In this document: in pieces, positions 30,860-55,587 of the stretch
Layout of the letters: each line of letters begins with the position of its first letter
Numbering within the stretch: the first letter of the stretch is position 1
From: Auanema rhodensis
Lineage: Eukaryota; Animalia; Nematoda
Length of the DNA: 64,000 bases
Assembly: GCA_964057225.1 (NCBI GenBank)
Contig: OZ059898.1
Span: 11,718,001-11,782,000, forward strand
Reading direction: 5' to 3'
Program-made: the position numbers and the translations under genes
The notes under the pieces: generated by a model
What the model was told of the DNA's origin: nothing
Database searches by the model: none
The model's input: only the letters and a program-made list of their open reading frames with translations

Positions 30860-31324
30860 ATGGTTTCCTCCAAGTTATCTCTTGTGGCTGCTGTTCTTTT
30901 GGCTTTCCTAGCCGTTTCTTATGCACTGTCAACGGAGAACCGTAATTTCCTCAAGGTTTGTATAACATTTCTTATAAATTAAAAATAGTTAACTCTGATT
31001 TCTATAACTTTGAGTTGTTTACTATTTACGTTTAGCTGGGATCCACTGGCTACGGCCTTAATGATGATCGGTTCTACCAATACCCTACCAGTGGTATATA
31101 CAGATTTCTCCAAACCAGACAGGTTAGTAATGTGATTTAGCTTTAATCAGTTTAATTACTTTCAATTGGGATAGCTAATCAAATAGAGTTTTCTACGATT
31201 TGTCAATAAACGCTTGAAAAAACTATAGTTGTAGGGACCTCAAAAGCGAAATAATGCGGAAGTTGTTAACCACATTCTGAAAAACTTTGGAACTCTCGAT
31301 CGACTTGGAGATGTTGGAAAATAA
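30860..31324 (+). CDS. pdf-2: Pigment-dispersing factor PDF-2 (NLP-37) precursor, 3 exons
   Basis: Signal peptide MVSSKLSLVAAVLLAFLAVSYA, then KR-NNAEVVNHILKNFGTLDRLGDV-GK* (dibasic site, amidation Gly). Confidence 0.95.
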
Positions 31325-31649
31325 AAAAAGTTGGTATCAATTGGATCATATCTGCACATTTTTCCGACACCTCATAGATCAACTAGAACATCTGTATATT
31401 GGTCGCACACATAAATGTTAAACAAAACGTTTTTTAGCTTAAATCATAATTTATTTTACAAGTTCATAAGCAAGAATTAACAATACCAACAACGAATGAA
31501 CAGCTTAGCCGCCAATTAGCATCATCGTATTAATGAGACTAATAGAGAAATGAAGACACAGAGCAAGAAATGTAATTAAATCCCTTTCCTTCATTATAAC
31601 TCTTTGAGATGAAAACATGAGAAGCTTGAATCGATTCGAACTAAGTGAT

Positions 31650-33030
31650 TTACGGACCCACTGAAAGATTAAACGTATGATTGTTAAAGAAGAAACAGAA
31701 ACAAACCAGCTCCACGAAGTTGGTTTCTTAATTCCACAATTTTTTCTCTATCTTGAGGAGGTAAAAGTGCAACTTCTTCTTCTGAGAGTTGCATAACCTA
31801 TAAACAGAAAGAAAACATAATGTAACATATTATTAGCAATTACCTGCATTAACAATTTGGCATTCTGTTCTTCCTCAGCAGACATTCCGCTCTGAAAAAA
31901 TATATAATTGATCAATTCATACAAAAGAAAATTAAAACCATGTTTTGCACAGGTGGAGCCACGTGTCGAGTATAATTTTGAGGAATTGGATGAGATCCAG
32001 AAGGAGGATAAGTAGTAGTATTCAAAACACCTGAAGAAAAAAATATTACATTTATTATGAGTTGCTTTTATAAGGGACCTGGCTGAGGTACTGAAAAACC
32101 TTGATGGAATGGTTGAGCTTGAGAAGGAGTCTCTCTGTGAAGCATTGCAATCGCCACTTGTGGATCGACTATTCTCATAACCACTTGAGCCTAAACCCTA
32201 TGCTAAAATATTCAAAATAAAACTTCAAGAAACCTGCAATAAAGCGTAAGAAAGCTGAGGATTATCTATTAGCATCTTTTTGGCTTCATTCGGACTTGAT
32301 CGCATAACCTAAAAACAAAGAGGGATAAAGAACAGAAAGCGCAATTAATTACATCTTTCATCTGTTTCATAAGCTCAAACATCTTCTCAGGCGGCAGAGA
32401 GGCAACAGTACGAGAAATAGCCTAATAGTGCAAAATGTAAAGTATAAATGAGAAAAAAATTACTTCAGGAGCTTTTCCCTCTTCTGGCTCAGGACCATAA
32501 GGACTTTCCTCTACTTGCTGAGCACCTAATGCAGCCTATATATATCAGGCTTGCAAACTATTTTAAAACACAAATAAAACCTGAAGTTGAGCAATTTCAT
32601 CTGCACTTCTATCACCACCCGCAGCACTGTCTACACGTAATGTTCTACCATTTAAATCATACCTAAAATATAAACCATTGCACCAAATATGTTACAGCAA
32701 CAAACCCATTCAAATTTCTTATGGCTAACTCCGCTGTTTGAACATCTGGAAACTCGATAAAGCCGTAACCCTTCGGCTTTCCCGTTTCTCTATCAAAAAC
32801 CATTTTGATAGAGAGCACAGGGCCGACCTATATATTGAATATTTAAATACAATTAAATAAATTAAAGCTTACTTTTGAAAATATTTGCTTAATTGTTTCT
32901 TCTTGAATGTCATATGAAATGTTACCAACTAAAAAACAAATATAATAAACTTTGTTTATTCAAAATTACCAAAAACAGATCGTGCTGAACGATCAGCTTG
33001 GGTAACAACAGCAGGTTTTTGAAAGTTCAT
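31650..33030 (-). CDS. cpf-2: Cleavage stimulation factor 64 kDa subunit (CstF-64)
   Basis: [32 protein letters not shown]; hinge [21 protein letters not shown] and [19 protein letters not shown]; C-terminal [21 protein letters not shown]. Confidence 0.95.
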
Positions 33031-33690
33031 GTCTTCTTAAATGTATTATCATGTAGCACAATCTATCCTAACAGCGAAACACTGATATAACAAGTATCTA
33101 AGCATCCAAAAAAAACAAATATAGTATAATACTCAAAAAATATAAAACATTTAATTTGCTGTTCGAGTTTTTTAAGCCTGGTGTTTGCGTACACATTTTT
33201 GTTAAATCGGTGTCTTTCCGAAAATATACAAAAGTTTTTCAAAACATGAAGCACCAAAAAATGAAACTAAAAACAAAGAATATTTAAATGGTATTTATTT
33301 CTTCATGTGAATTTCTTGTTGTTCTGAATTGACTTTCAAAGTTTAGGTTGTGTTTATTGTTTATTATAAAAATAAGGAATTCACTTTAAAGTAAAAAAGA
33401 AAATGTGCAACCCTTGTTTGATGCGATTTATGTTCAATAAGTAATTTCAAATAGGATTTAAAGATGGCATTACTTAGGTATTACAATAGACATTTTTTTC
33501 CAATGGATAAAACTTGGGTACGGAGCAAGCATCGTGTTTCGAATTCGATGCTTAAGTGTTCTCTCTCTTCTTTTTTTTTTGTTTTCCAGTTAATCATTAT
33601 TAAAATGAGTTCTTCAATTTTCTATAATAAGGCTCTTTCGGTTATGGGCCAAGAATTATCAACATTTCTGTAGTTAATCGAAATTCGAGG

Positions 33691-33914
33691 ATGGCAGTAA
33701 ACATGCTGACAAAAACATTAAAAACATTTGGTGCTCCTATTATCCCAAGGGATTTGTGATAGAATTGTTAATATGTATATTTATTTAAAGATCTCAGAAA
33801 TCCATGTTTGCAAACACATTCGTTCCTAAAACAACTTCCTTGGCAGATATAAGAAGAAACATCATTCATTGTTTGGCGTTTGTAAAAGAATTGTCTCACT
33901 TTGATTTGTTATAA
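33691..33914 (+). CDS. Candidate 62-aa microprotein (2 exons, 33691-33755 and 33791-33914)
   Basis: Acceptor TTCTGTAG 17 nt before the ATG, a 35-nt GT-AG intron restoring frame, and AATAAA at 33980. Confidence 0.4.
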
Positions 33915-34240
33915 AACAAGAAAGTTTGTTTGGAATATATCAAGTCTCAATTGATATGTCCGATTCCACCCGAGTGCTCAATAAAATAATTATAATATCA
34001 ATGATTGTATTAATACTTTAAAGAAGTGCAAATTTGAATTTGATAATTAAATGGAGATACAATAACGCACTCCTCTTATCAGCTATCCTTTCGGAGGACA
34101 CGTATGTATTTTGGGAAGCACGGCCAAACGCGTACACTTCACTTCGTTATTTTAAAATAATAACAAACAAGAATAATATATATACTTAGGTCATTTTTTT
34201 ATAATGTTCATTGTTCATAGAGTTTATTCTCTTATGAGCT

Positions 34241-37200
34241 ATGTCTAGTTACCAAGAAATTCAAAACGACGAAAAGATTGCTATTCAATCAATCTACGAA
34301 GAAGCTGTATTCGAAACAAATGCGTGGAATGTAGGGTATTTCCTTTTATGTCTTCAAAACGCTTAGTTTTGTAGGTTTGGAAGCCTCTGAAATTTAAACT
34401 TCGTTTGTTACCTGTTCAATCTACTAGTCGTGGAGCTAACTCATTTGCCCACGTATCCCTTGATTTCACCGTGACATGTTCAGACAAATACCCGGATGAG
34501 TGAGTAAATCAAGTAAAATAATTTTCATTTAATTTCTTCAGTATTCCTGTCTATGCACTTGAAAATGTTAAAGGAATTTCTGCTGCCGATACTAATAGTC
34601 TGCAAGAAAATATAAATCAAAAAATTCAAGAGCTCAAAGGCAGTGTAGGTAACATTAAGTATTATAATGTAACTTATTTATTTTCAGCCAATGATATTAG
34701 ACTTATGCGAGTTGATTCGATCATTTCTTTATGAAAAAGATGTCCCTGTCTCATCATTTCATGAAAACATGATTAAACAACAGGCTCATGACCTTTCAAA
34801 CAAAAATGTTATTACTTTTGTTTTTTTTCAAACAAAACCATTTTTTTCAGAGGTGTAGGGCTAACAGTGAGAAAAGAGAATTCGAACAGATAGCTGAAGA
34901 GCGCGAGCTAAAGCAAACTGAATTGCAGTGGAAAGATGATAGTTTGGAAAAAATTGATTGCACGGTATAGCTGAAGTCATTTTTATATTCTATTATTACT
35001 TATTTAAAGAATATGGAGATGTATGTAATTGGGCCTCATAGAGTTTATAAGAGGGATGATGAAAAAGTTCGCACCATTCAACATACAAGTTGTAAAGAAT
35101 GGAGAGGAGTCTTCTCCGGGGAAGATGTTTTAGTCTCGGAATGGACATTCCATCACTCCTGTGAAAAATCTAATAAGATTAACAAGCAAATTGATGTTGA
35201 AGGATGTAACAAGTATGCAAATTAATTTTTTTCTTAATCTTTTAAAATTATTTGTATTTCCAGCCTTATTAAGGAACTTGAAGTTCATTTGACCAGTTAT
35301 CTGCAATTTATGAATAGTGAACAGACGATTGCTCCTGTTGCGTTCACTGAAATTGAGTTAAAAGTTATTCAACCTAACAATATTCATTTTCTGGTTTACA
35401 TTGGCCAAAAAATTAGTGTTAATCATTTAAACCTTTCCACTTTTCCGCTTCAAAAAGATACAGTAAGTCAAGTTTATTGCTGTTTTTAAAATAGGTTGTC
35501 TATAGTCACAGATGATAAAACGTCTAGCAGCACATGCAGTGTTCGCTTTGCGTTTTTTACATAATCGTCAGTTATCACACGGAGTTCTTTCAAATAGCTC
35601 AATCTGGTATTTTAACAATACTTTCATTTTCTCTGATTCTGTACTTTTGTATGTTGACTTTATTTTAATTCATTATTTTTTTCCAATTGTGTTTAGATCA
35701 TTAATGTGTTGGGCTACTAACTGTTTTAAACATTTATGCTCTGAATTCAAAAACATTAAACAATTTGTAACTGGAGATGCTTCTTCTCAAAAGATGGATT
35801 TATTCTCACTTGGCACTATTTTACATGGTTTGAGAACAAAACATGTAAGTACGCCCATTATATCTTGAGTTCACCAATAGTTTAGAGTTCTTCTCTTTCA
35901 CTTTTTGCAACTACTGACGACATGGATGACTTCATTTCTACATGTCAGACATCAAAATCGGTAGAAGATCTAATGGAACATAAATACCTAGTTATGGGTA
36001 CTATTTAATTTGTGATTTTATTATGTGAAATATATTTGAGATATGCTTTCGGACACTGGTTCCCTCCCGCAATGGAATGTTGAATCAATTGATGGTAAAA
36101 AGAGTCGACTGATTCGCGAGTTTTTCCTGCAGAAACAGCTGGGCAGAGGAGGATTTGGAGATGTCGTATTGGCTAAGTATCACATTATATCTTTTTATAT
36201 TGATTTTATAAGTTTATTCTAGAAATAAAATTGATAGCAGTAATTACGCTGTCAAAAGAATACCGTTGTATCCGAAAAATCAAAAATTGAATCGTAAAAT
36301 CACTCAAGAAGCTGAACTCTTTGCCAAACTAAATCATCCGAATGTTGTTAGATACTACAAGTGAGATATTCTTTTCTTATTCACTTATTCTGGGTTTCAG
36401 TGCTTGGATGGAAGACGTGAACCCAGTTCCTTCAATCAGTTCTTCAAAAAGTACAATTGCGGAAAGAGAGGGTTCACAAATTTATAAATACTTAAATAAT
36501 TAAATAATTTCAGATTCCATGCTTCCATCACGACTACGGCAAATTGAAAATAGGTGTGAACCTATACATGCCGAGACTTCGGAATGGTCCATGAGTTATC
36601 GCCCAAATGATAGCCTAGACTCTAGCAGTGACGAAGAAGAGTACGATAATAAGCCTGGAATAACTCTTTTTGACAATCGAACTGATGATTCAGATGTTAG
36701 TTTATATCGATAATTCTCCTAATGGCCAACATTTCAGGGAATATGTTTTGAGAATTCAAATGACGATAAGGAAAATTCTTCGGAAAAACAGACCACTGGA
36801 TCTGAAAATAGTGAAATCAAGACCCAGTCTACAACCTCGACGGAGGTATAAATAAATGAAGAATTATTTTATAAACATTTTTCTATTTAGGTTCAATCAT
36901 TAAGATTGCTTTATATCCAGATGGAGTTCTGTGAAAATTCCACATTACGTGGATGTATTGATAGAAAAGAACTTCACTTGAAATCCATTAAAATCTGGAA
37001 ACTATTTAATGATATGTTGAAGGGGCTGCAGTACATCCATGAAAATCAGATGATTCATCGGGATATAACCCCCGTATGAGTGGTAGCCATTATATTTAAG
37101 GAACACATGTTTCAGGCGAATATACTGATAGATGGTGCTGGTCATGCAAAGATTGGCGATTTTGGATTGGCCACATATCTTTTCTTACGAAAAGATTCCG

Positions 37201-40200
37201 AAGGTCGAGCTATGCCTATTGATAACAATTCTCAGTTACCATGTATGTACTTAGATATTTACTAAGATTATGATGTTCTCTTGACAGGTCAAACCAGGGA
37301 TATTGGCACAGAATTGTATATGGCACCTGAACTTTTTGTTCTGGATGATAAAAAACCATATACTAGTAAAATAGATGTTTATAGGTTAGAAGTAATTAGA
37401 ATTCTTTATAATGTGGTTTGTTTTAGTGCAGGAGTTGTATTATTCGAAATGTTTTACCGGCCTTTGCCTTTAGGCCAAGATAGGATATCCACAATGAGAT
37501 CTTTGAAAAAAACTTCGACCGTACCTGATGACTTCAATAGTGGCTACAGTACTGCTCAGGTTTTCCTTATATATTTTGAGGTTCTATCTTTTTTGTTTAA
37601 AGGCTAACTTGGCCAAAAAATTTATTGAGTCTATGCTGCAATATGATGCTGATCTTCGTCCAACTATAGCTGAACTTATAGCCAACAATGAGAGGCCTGT
37701 GGCTGAGATTGGTGACGAGGGGTTCCAGGTACTAAAACTATGTTTACATAATAATTGATGCTTTCAGAGGTTTTTCTCTAATGTAGTAAGTAAACGAAGT
37801 GGAAGAATGTATAATTGGGTTGTGGATTCTATGTTTGAATATGATGGTTCCGTTGCAAAAAACTACTATTTTGATTCAGAATTATGTGAAGTAAATACTT
37901 CTCTAGAATTAATTTATGTATTAATATTTTGAAGGAAAAATATAAAAATAACAAAGATCATATCATGCATGAAGTCAAAGAAGAGCTTTCGCTCATATTC
38001 CAATTGAGATCTTTTGTACCTCTTTACAACCATCTGTTGACTCCTGACACCTGTGTTCCCAAAAACTCGGAACTTCGTTCTAAACTAGTAAATTTAATAG
38101 ACCGAACTGGATTCATTGTTGGTTTGCCAGTATGTTTGTTATTTTCTAAATACCAATAATTCAATGTATTTTCAGGTTGATTTAAAGTTTAACTTTGTTC
38201 GGTTTTGCCTTAGAAATTCTGTTAAAAGATTTAAAAGATTCACGTTTGATCGAGTTTTTGCCAAGAAAACTGCCATTGGTAAGCTTTTTTGAATACCTTT
38301 TTGAGTAATTGAAACTGTAAAGATTCTCATCCCTTGGAGCGTTGGGAATGTAGCATTGACTGTATAGTTGCTGAGAAAAGTGCAATTACTTTAACAACAG
38401 AACTTCTATCCTCTGTTTATCAGATTGCCGATGAAATGCTGAAAAACATGAATTGCACTTTACGGTTCGTTCCTGCAAGAATTCGCTTATAATAATAGTT
38501 TATTCAGTATTGGGAACTTTCATCTCATTGAAGCTGCCTTGGAACACCTAACAGTGAAGAAAGATAATGCATTTGCAGTACTTCAGGCGTTCCATAAATT
38601 TTTCACATCTCCAAGTAACGCCTAACATATAATCCATAATAAGTTGCAAGAATTGCACGAATTGCAGAGCCCTTAACCAGCCAAGCTAAATTTGATTCAA
38701 TTAGTCAAATACTTGGTCCGAAAATAGCAACATCCCTTCTATCCCTTCTTCCAATTGAAACATCTTTCGCAACTTTCAAGGTTGTTAAGTCCTAATCTTT
38801 TTTCCTGAAATTGTTTAATTTAGGATAGTTGCAGAACGCTGTTGAAGTCCAGAAATGCAGCAGTGAGAGCAAAGGCGGAAGCTGCAATTTCTCATCTGGA
38901 ACAACTAATGGAAGCTTTGCAAGCAGGTAATTACGATTAAAGTATCGCAAACTCTTTGAAATCAATTTCAGCTACCCCGCCTCATGCTTCCAATATGAAT
39001 ATTATTTTTGATGCAACAACAATATATAGGCCTACAATCTATCGAGATGGCGTTTTGTTCATTTTAACTGTTGAAGTACCTCAAAAGAAGGGAACAAAGA
39101 ATACTTTAGTACTTGCCGGAGGTAAAGCTTCAAATTATACATCAGGACATAAAGAGTTTTGTAGGTCGTTATGATTCCATGCTAGAAGAGGAAAGGCAAA
39201 CTAAAGATTTACTACCACCATATCCGCTATGCTTAATCGGTTGCTCAATCTCTCTTGATGTTTTATGCGTTGCACGGGAAAGATTAGGAGAATGTGCTAT
39301 TTCGTTTATATTCTATCATTACTTTCAACCTTTTTTAGCTATGAATTTCGAAGCAGCCGTTGTCTGCTCGTATTATTCTGATTTTCTCATTGAGAAATTT
39401 AGTCTCGCTAAAGAATTATGGAATTTACAAATACAAGCGGATATTTTTCATGAACCAGTAGATTGCATAGATTCTCTTCACGTGAGTAGTGTTTTCTTTG
39501 TCAGAGTTAGTATTCAATTCTATAGACCTACTGCAATCAGAAAAGTATTGCTCATATCCTAGTGATATTTGGAAACGACGAAGTTTTAGTATGTCGATAT
39601 GGGGAAAATTTGGGGAAAATGAGTTTCGCATCGGCCCTTCAGTTGTTCAGTGAGGTTTCTGAAGAACATGTTATGATAACGTCTACACCCGTCTCATCTA
39701 GCAGGTGATTTTTTAGACTTGAATGAATCAAAAATAGTTACTCAGGACACCTCATCAAAGCACCACGCCGCGAGCCACCACAGCTTCTCACGCGAATTGC
39801 AATTTCACCTTTGCTGAGCCTGATAAATTAGATTTTAAGAAAAAGCGAAAAATTGAGGTAAATGAGTTTTTTCAGACTATTATCTATCTCCTTTACCGTA
39901 GTTTTATATCTTATAAAACATATTATACTTTAGGGACGAGTTCAAAATATACTAGGTGAAGTACTTTCAATATTTTCACCCAAATGTAAGATAGAAGTTT
40001 GCATCAACGCATTGTCCTCTGATCTTATTAAACTAATTGCGGGATCTCTTAAACGTACAACTACTCGTTCTGAGGTTTATTTATTTCAAAACGCTTTGCG
40101 TATTAGATTATGTTCAGCTTCAAACACTCTTCCAAAACTGGGGAAAACAGTATGGCAAGTCAAAACAGGATTTAGAATGTGTTTATCAATATTGCTGCAA

Positions 40201-40279
40201 TATTTATTCTAACACTGGCACGAGCAGTGTGCTAATTCTTTATAGCCATACCGAAGAGTTCTATAAAATCATAATATAA
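34241..40279 (+). CDS. gcn-2: eIF2-alpha kinase GCN2 (RWD, pseudokinase, kinase with insert, HisRS-like, CTD)
   Basis: RWD YQEIQNDEKIAIQSIY..KYPDEIP; LGRGGFGDVVLA, YAVKRIP, LNHPNVVRYY, LYIQMEFCE, KIGDFGLAT, QTRDIGTELYMAPE; HisRS-like LAGGGRYDSML. Confidence 0.95.
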
Positions 40280-42880
40280 TTTAGATTTTTTTAGTCTTGT
40301 TAATGTTTTAAATTAATTTAATTATTGTTAACAATATTCACATCTAGTTAACTGTACTCTGTGATGATTTATGGGTTTTCCGTTGTTTTCTGTAAATATC
40401 TTACAATATTTTTGTTGTTTATAAAAGTTTCGTTTTGAATGTTGTGATTCATTGAAGGTTTAATCCGAATCTATATTTGTTCCATTTTCTCAATCCGTAG
40501 AGTTTCCGAGAAATCTTTCTGCAGCTATTTCTTTTTTATATTTTTCTCGCATTAACTATATTCGCAATTATTATGGAGCTATTCATTGAATGATGAAAGG
40601 TCATTTTGTATCTGTTCGGGATTAGAGGTAACAATTTGCTTCTTATATAGTTGTGACAATTGTTACCGATGGGTCACTAAGATGCATTGAGAACGTCAAT
40701 AGTGGACTGGTCATTATGTTGTTTCTCTCTCTGGGGTGTCTTTCTCAGAACTAAGCCATTTACATTATGCTATTGTTGTTTATTTCTACGTTATCTTCTT
40801 TTATCGTTCACATTCCTGAAATTATTGATTAACTATTTTGTTACGGAATTTATTCTAATTTCCAACCATTTTCCATTTTCAAGATGCATGTTACACGCAC
40901 TGGTTGGTTATGTATTTTTTAGGTAAACGCAATTTATTTCGTTTTAGGCATGTTTTTTTAATATTTTTCTATTTTTGCTTTTTGTTTTAAGTATATAACA
41001 TTTATTTTGAATTCTTCCTATGACATGCCTTATGTTTTCCCAAACTGTTTTTTCTGTTGTTCTTCAGTTTAGTTCGGCATTTTTTATACCATAAATATGT
41101 GACCCGGCACGCGGCGGCGATCGATTCATGGCAAACGGTATTATCCGGCCTCTCACTTCATGGATATTTCCTCATACCTAAATCGATTTATAGCGATCTG
41201 CAATTTTTTTTGTTAGATAATGATTGTTTTCCTGCAATTCGTCTTTTTTACTTTTTCATAGGCACTGTTCATCAATGTTATAACAGTTTTATTCATTTAT
41301 ATCATGAGAAATTATGTCACTTCTTATATGAAAAATGAAGCCAGCGACTGCTTGACCATCTGGACGCTTTTTTTATTGATGCGGCACTCTTACATAGCAT
41401 GCTCTATCCTTCTGCTGCTGGTTTCTCACCAACATTCATCATTAGCATATCGTGATTAGACATAATGCATAGATTGATTCTATTTATTATATGCAATCTG
41501 CTCGTGATGCCTCTCCTTTGGGTTTCCTTTTTCTTAAAAGTAACTGTTAAGCTTTATTTGAAGTGACTGAATGCTGTTGTTTCGTAATGCTTTTTGAATT
41601 TCCCCCCACATTGTCTTAAACTATGAATATTTCACTGTTCACTCTTTGGTCTGATTCCTTTTTTCCTATTGGATTAGTTGTATCTTCTAGAAACAATGCA
41701 AATTCGTAGGGAACATAATGTGATGTATTGTTCATTTTCCTATTCATTTTCTCTCATTCCTATGTCTTTTTCAAATTTCAAGTTCCTAGTTAACACAATG
41801 GCCAGATGAACTATTTCAACTGTGTGCAGTATTTAATGAATAATCAGTTCGATAACTTTTCATCAAATCTAAATGAGTTCTTTATCTGTTATATTTCATC
41901 CAAGTATTGTTCACTCAAGCGTGCTTCTATTTCATTGCCCATTTTCCTTCTATGTAGTGTGGCTTTGTTCACACTATATCGACATTCCCTTCACTTTTAG
42001 CGCTCTACTTTTTATTCGATGTCTATCCTAGCAGCTATAACTACTGCTATCTATCTACTTGTCCGACACTTCAAATCCCGTGATTTTATTCAAGTTTTAC
42101 TAGGCTCTATACTCTCACTAACTTCTTAAACTTGATGGTTCACAATCGCACATCATAGGTACAGATAAAATTAATCTGACATTTCTACATATCTTCGATC
42201 TATGTAATATCTGGATAGCAGTGTGAACATACATGTTGATCAGTTGATCATAGTAAAATTATTACCACTTCTCAAATGAATAATTTATAAAAATTCTTTG
42301 AAGATTTTACGGTTTTAGCTGTTTACGTTCTGGGACAGCTAGGACACCAAATCAATGTTTTCTTTTGTCCTGCTTTGGCTATTTGGCTGTCTCCGTTATT
42401 TGCTATTATTTTCGGCCTTCGACATTTTCTGTTAGGTCCGTCAGTTTGTTGCTACCCCTCTAGTGGTATTGCTTTTGAATGATTGTGAAGCTAATGATTT
42501 TTATTCGACAGTTTCACCGAAGAAAAAAATTGGTTATTCCGGACGAATGCCGATTTATGCATGCTATTCCGCTTATGTCAATAATGTTTTTCACCCTTTT
42601 ACTCAAGTATTACAGAAATTAATTTTTTTGTCTATTTTACTTTTGTAATTCCGAATTGAAGAGTTATTATATTATAACATGATTCAGAGAAAGTTGTTAA
42701 CAATTCATGTTGTTTTACATGATTCATATTAAAATATTAGTAAGGGATAGTTGCTACTTGCTCATTCTTGTAAACTTTGCTTTCTACCGCATTTGCTATG
42801 TTACATCAGATTATCTTTCAAAATTTATTTTTTTTATAGTTTCAGGTTCATACTAATGTCGTAGAGAGGGCGATTCGGTG

Positions 42881-53926
<11,046 letters not shown>

Positions 53927-55587
53927 TTCTACTCTTTCATGTTTTGTACAAATTGTCAAATGGATTTACTTGGAAAACCTATGTTGAAAATTTTTGAACT
54001 TGAAAATATCACTCTTTTGCCTTTCCGTTACCAGGTGCTACTTTATCTCTCAAAATCTATCAAAACCTACGCTAGTCTCTTTCTACGCAATGCAATATAC
54101 TATATACCCATTGAATTGTTTTACTGATTACGTAATGTTCCTGTTTTATATTTTCACTTCTCTACTCACTTCACTGGTATTGGCACTGTTGAATCAGCCT
54201 TCTATTATATTTCGTATTTAAAGCCATAATCAAACTTATATAAGCTCTCCTGTGATGTAGAAATATGAACGATGTTAACATGCTACTTCTCGAGATTATT
54301 GTTCGCATAAAATGACAGTATCTCATATTTTCGTAGTTTTTATTTATTGGCGATAGCTCAAAGTATCCTTTTCTTCACTTTGTATGATAATAAAATTTTA
54401 AACTTTCATTCATTCTATTTAAATTTTAATTCTAAATTTAACACGATAATTGCATGAACATACCAATGATTATATATATTTTTCTTCAATTATACTCTGA
54501 ACAAGATGAATCAAATAGAGCAAAGCTCAGTAGCAATGCAAGAAGTCACTTTATAAGTGGAAATCATTATTTTTGCACATTAAATTTGCTAGAACTGATT
54601 GAAACTTAGCTATACACTCACGTGTGTTTGAGAAATAGAGCAAACTTATTGAAAAAGTTTGAATATTTCGATAGAAAATGAATATATGTTACATCACATC
54701 TGTTTTTTCTGTTTCAATGACAATTCATTCAGAATTTATTCTTCTGATTGTTGACAATCATTGGCAAGACGAAAACGTTTCAGAAACCCGATAATTTAGT
54801 TGAATAAGATGAAGAAAGAGAGTCTGTCGGAATTGTATTAATTATATTGTTCATATGTGATGTATGTGGTATGTTATATATGTAATTTGTCTTTGTTTAC
54901 ATTATAAAACATGGTATTGTCTTAACAACGGCTATTTTATCACACGACGATGCGTTATCCATCCATATGTATCTTAGATGATACCATGTTTGATGGATAG
55001 AATTTTGGCATTGAAATTTAATAGACAACGACGACGATACGCACTATTAGGGAAGAAAGGATGAAGAGGATGTAAGAGAAAAAAAGAAGATTTTCTGAGG
55101 TTGTGAATAGAAAACAGATGAGATGGACAAAAAGCTACAAAGAAGATACAACTCAAAGCATTACAGAGATATAAAATATTACATAGGAGAGGGTACGAAA
55201 AAGCTAAGAATAGGGGGTTGAATTATGGAGAGGGGGAGAGAGCAAAGCAAGAAAAAGCTTTAAAACATTGTCACTCAATAGGAATTAGAGAGACCAGTAA
55301 TATAAGGAATTCTTTTTATAAATATTATAAGTAGTTTTCAATTAGTCTTTGGTATTTCATGCGGGTATAGGGGGGAATTTTTCTTAAACAGAATATGAGC
55401 TGAAGAAACAAGAAGTCAATAATCTGGACGTTTCACAAGAATTTCATGTACTAATTAAGCCAGTTTGCTTTTTAGCTCATAAAGCTGCTTCTTATTATAG
55501 CCAAGAAGAGATTGAAATTGAAATTCGGATTATTAGATACGGTAGATTGTGTGTTGTGTAATCTGATTCACAGTCTTATATTGTCTT

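Noticed and set aside
34050-34145. Possible H/ACA snoRNA upstream of gcn-2
   Set aside because: No proper ANANNA hinge between two hairpins.
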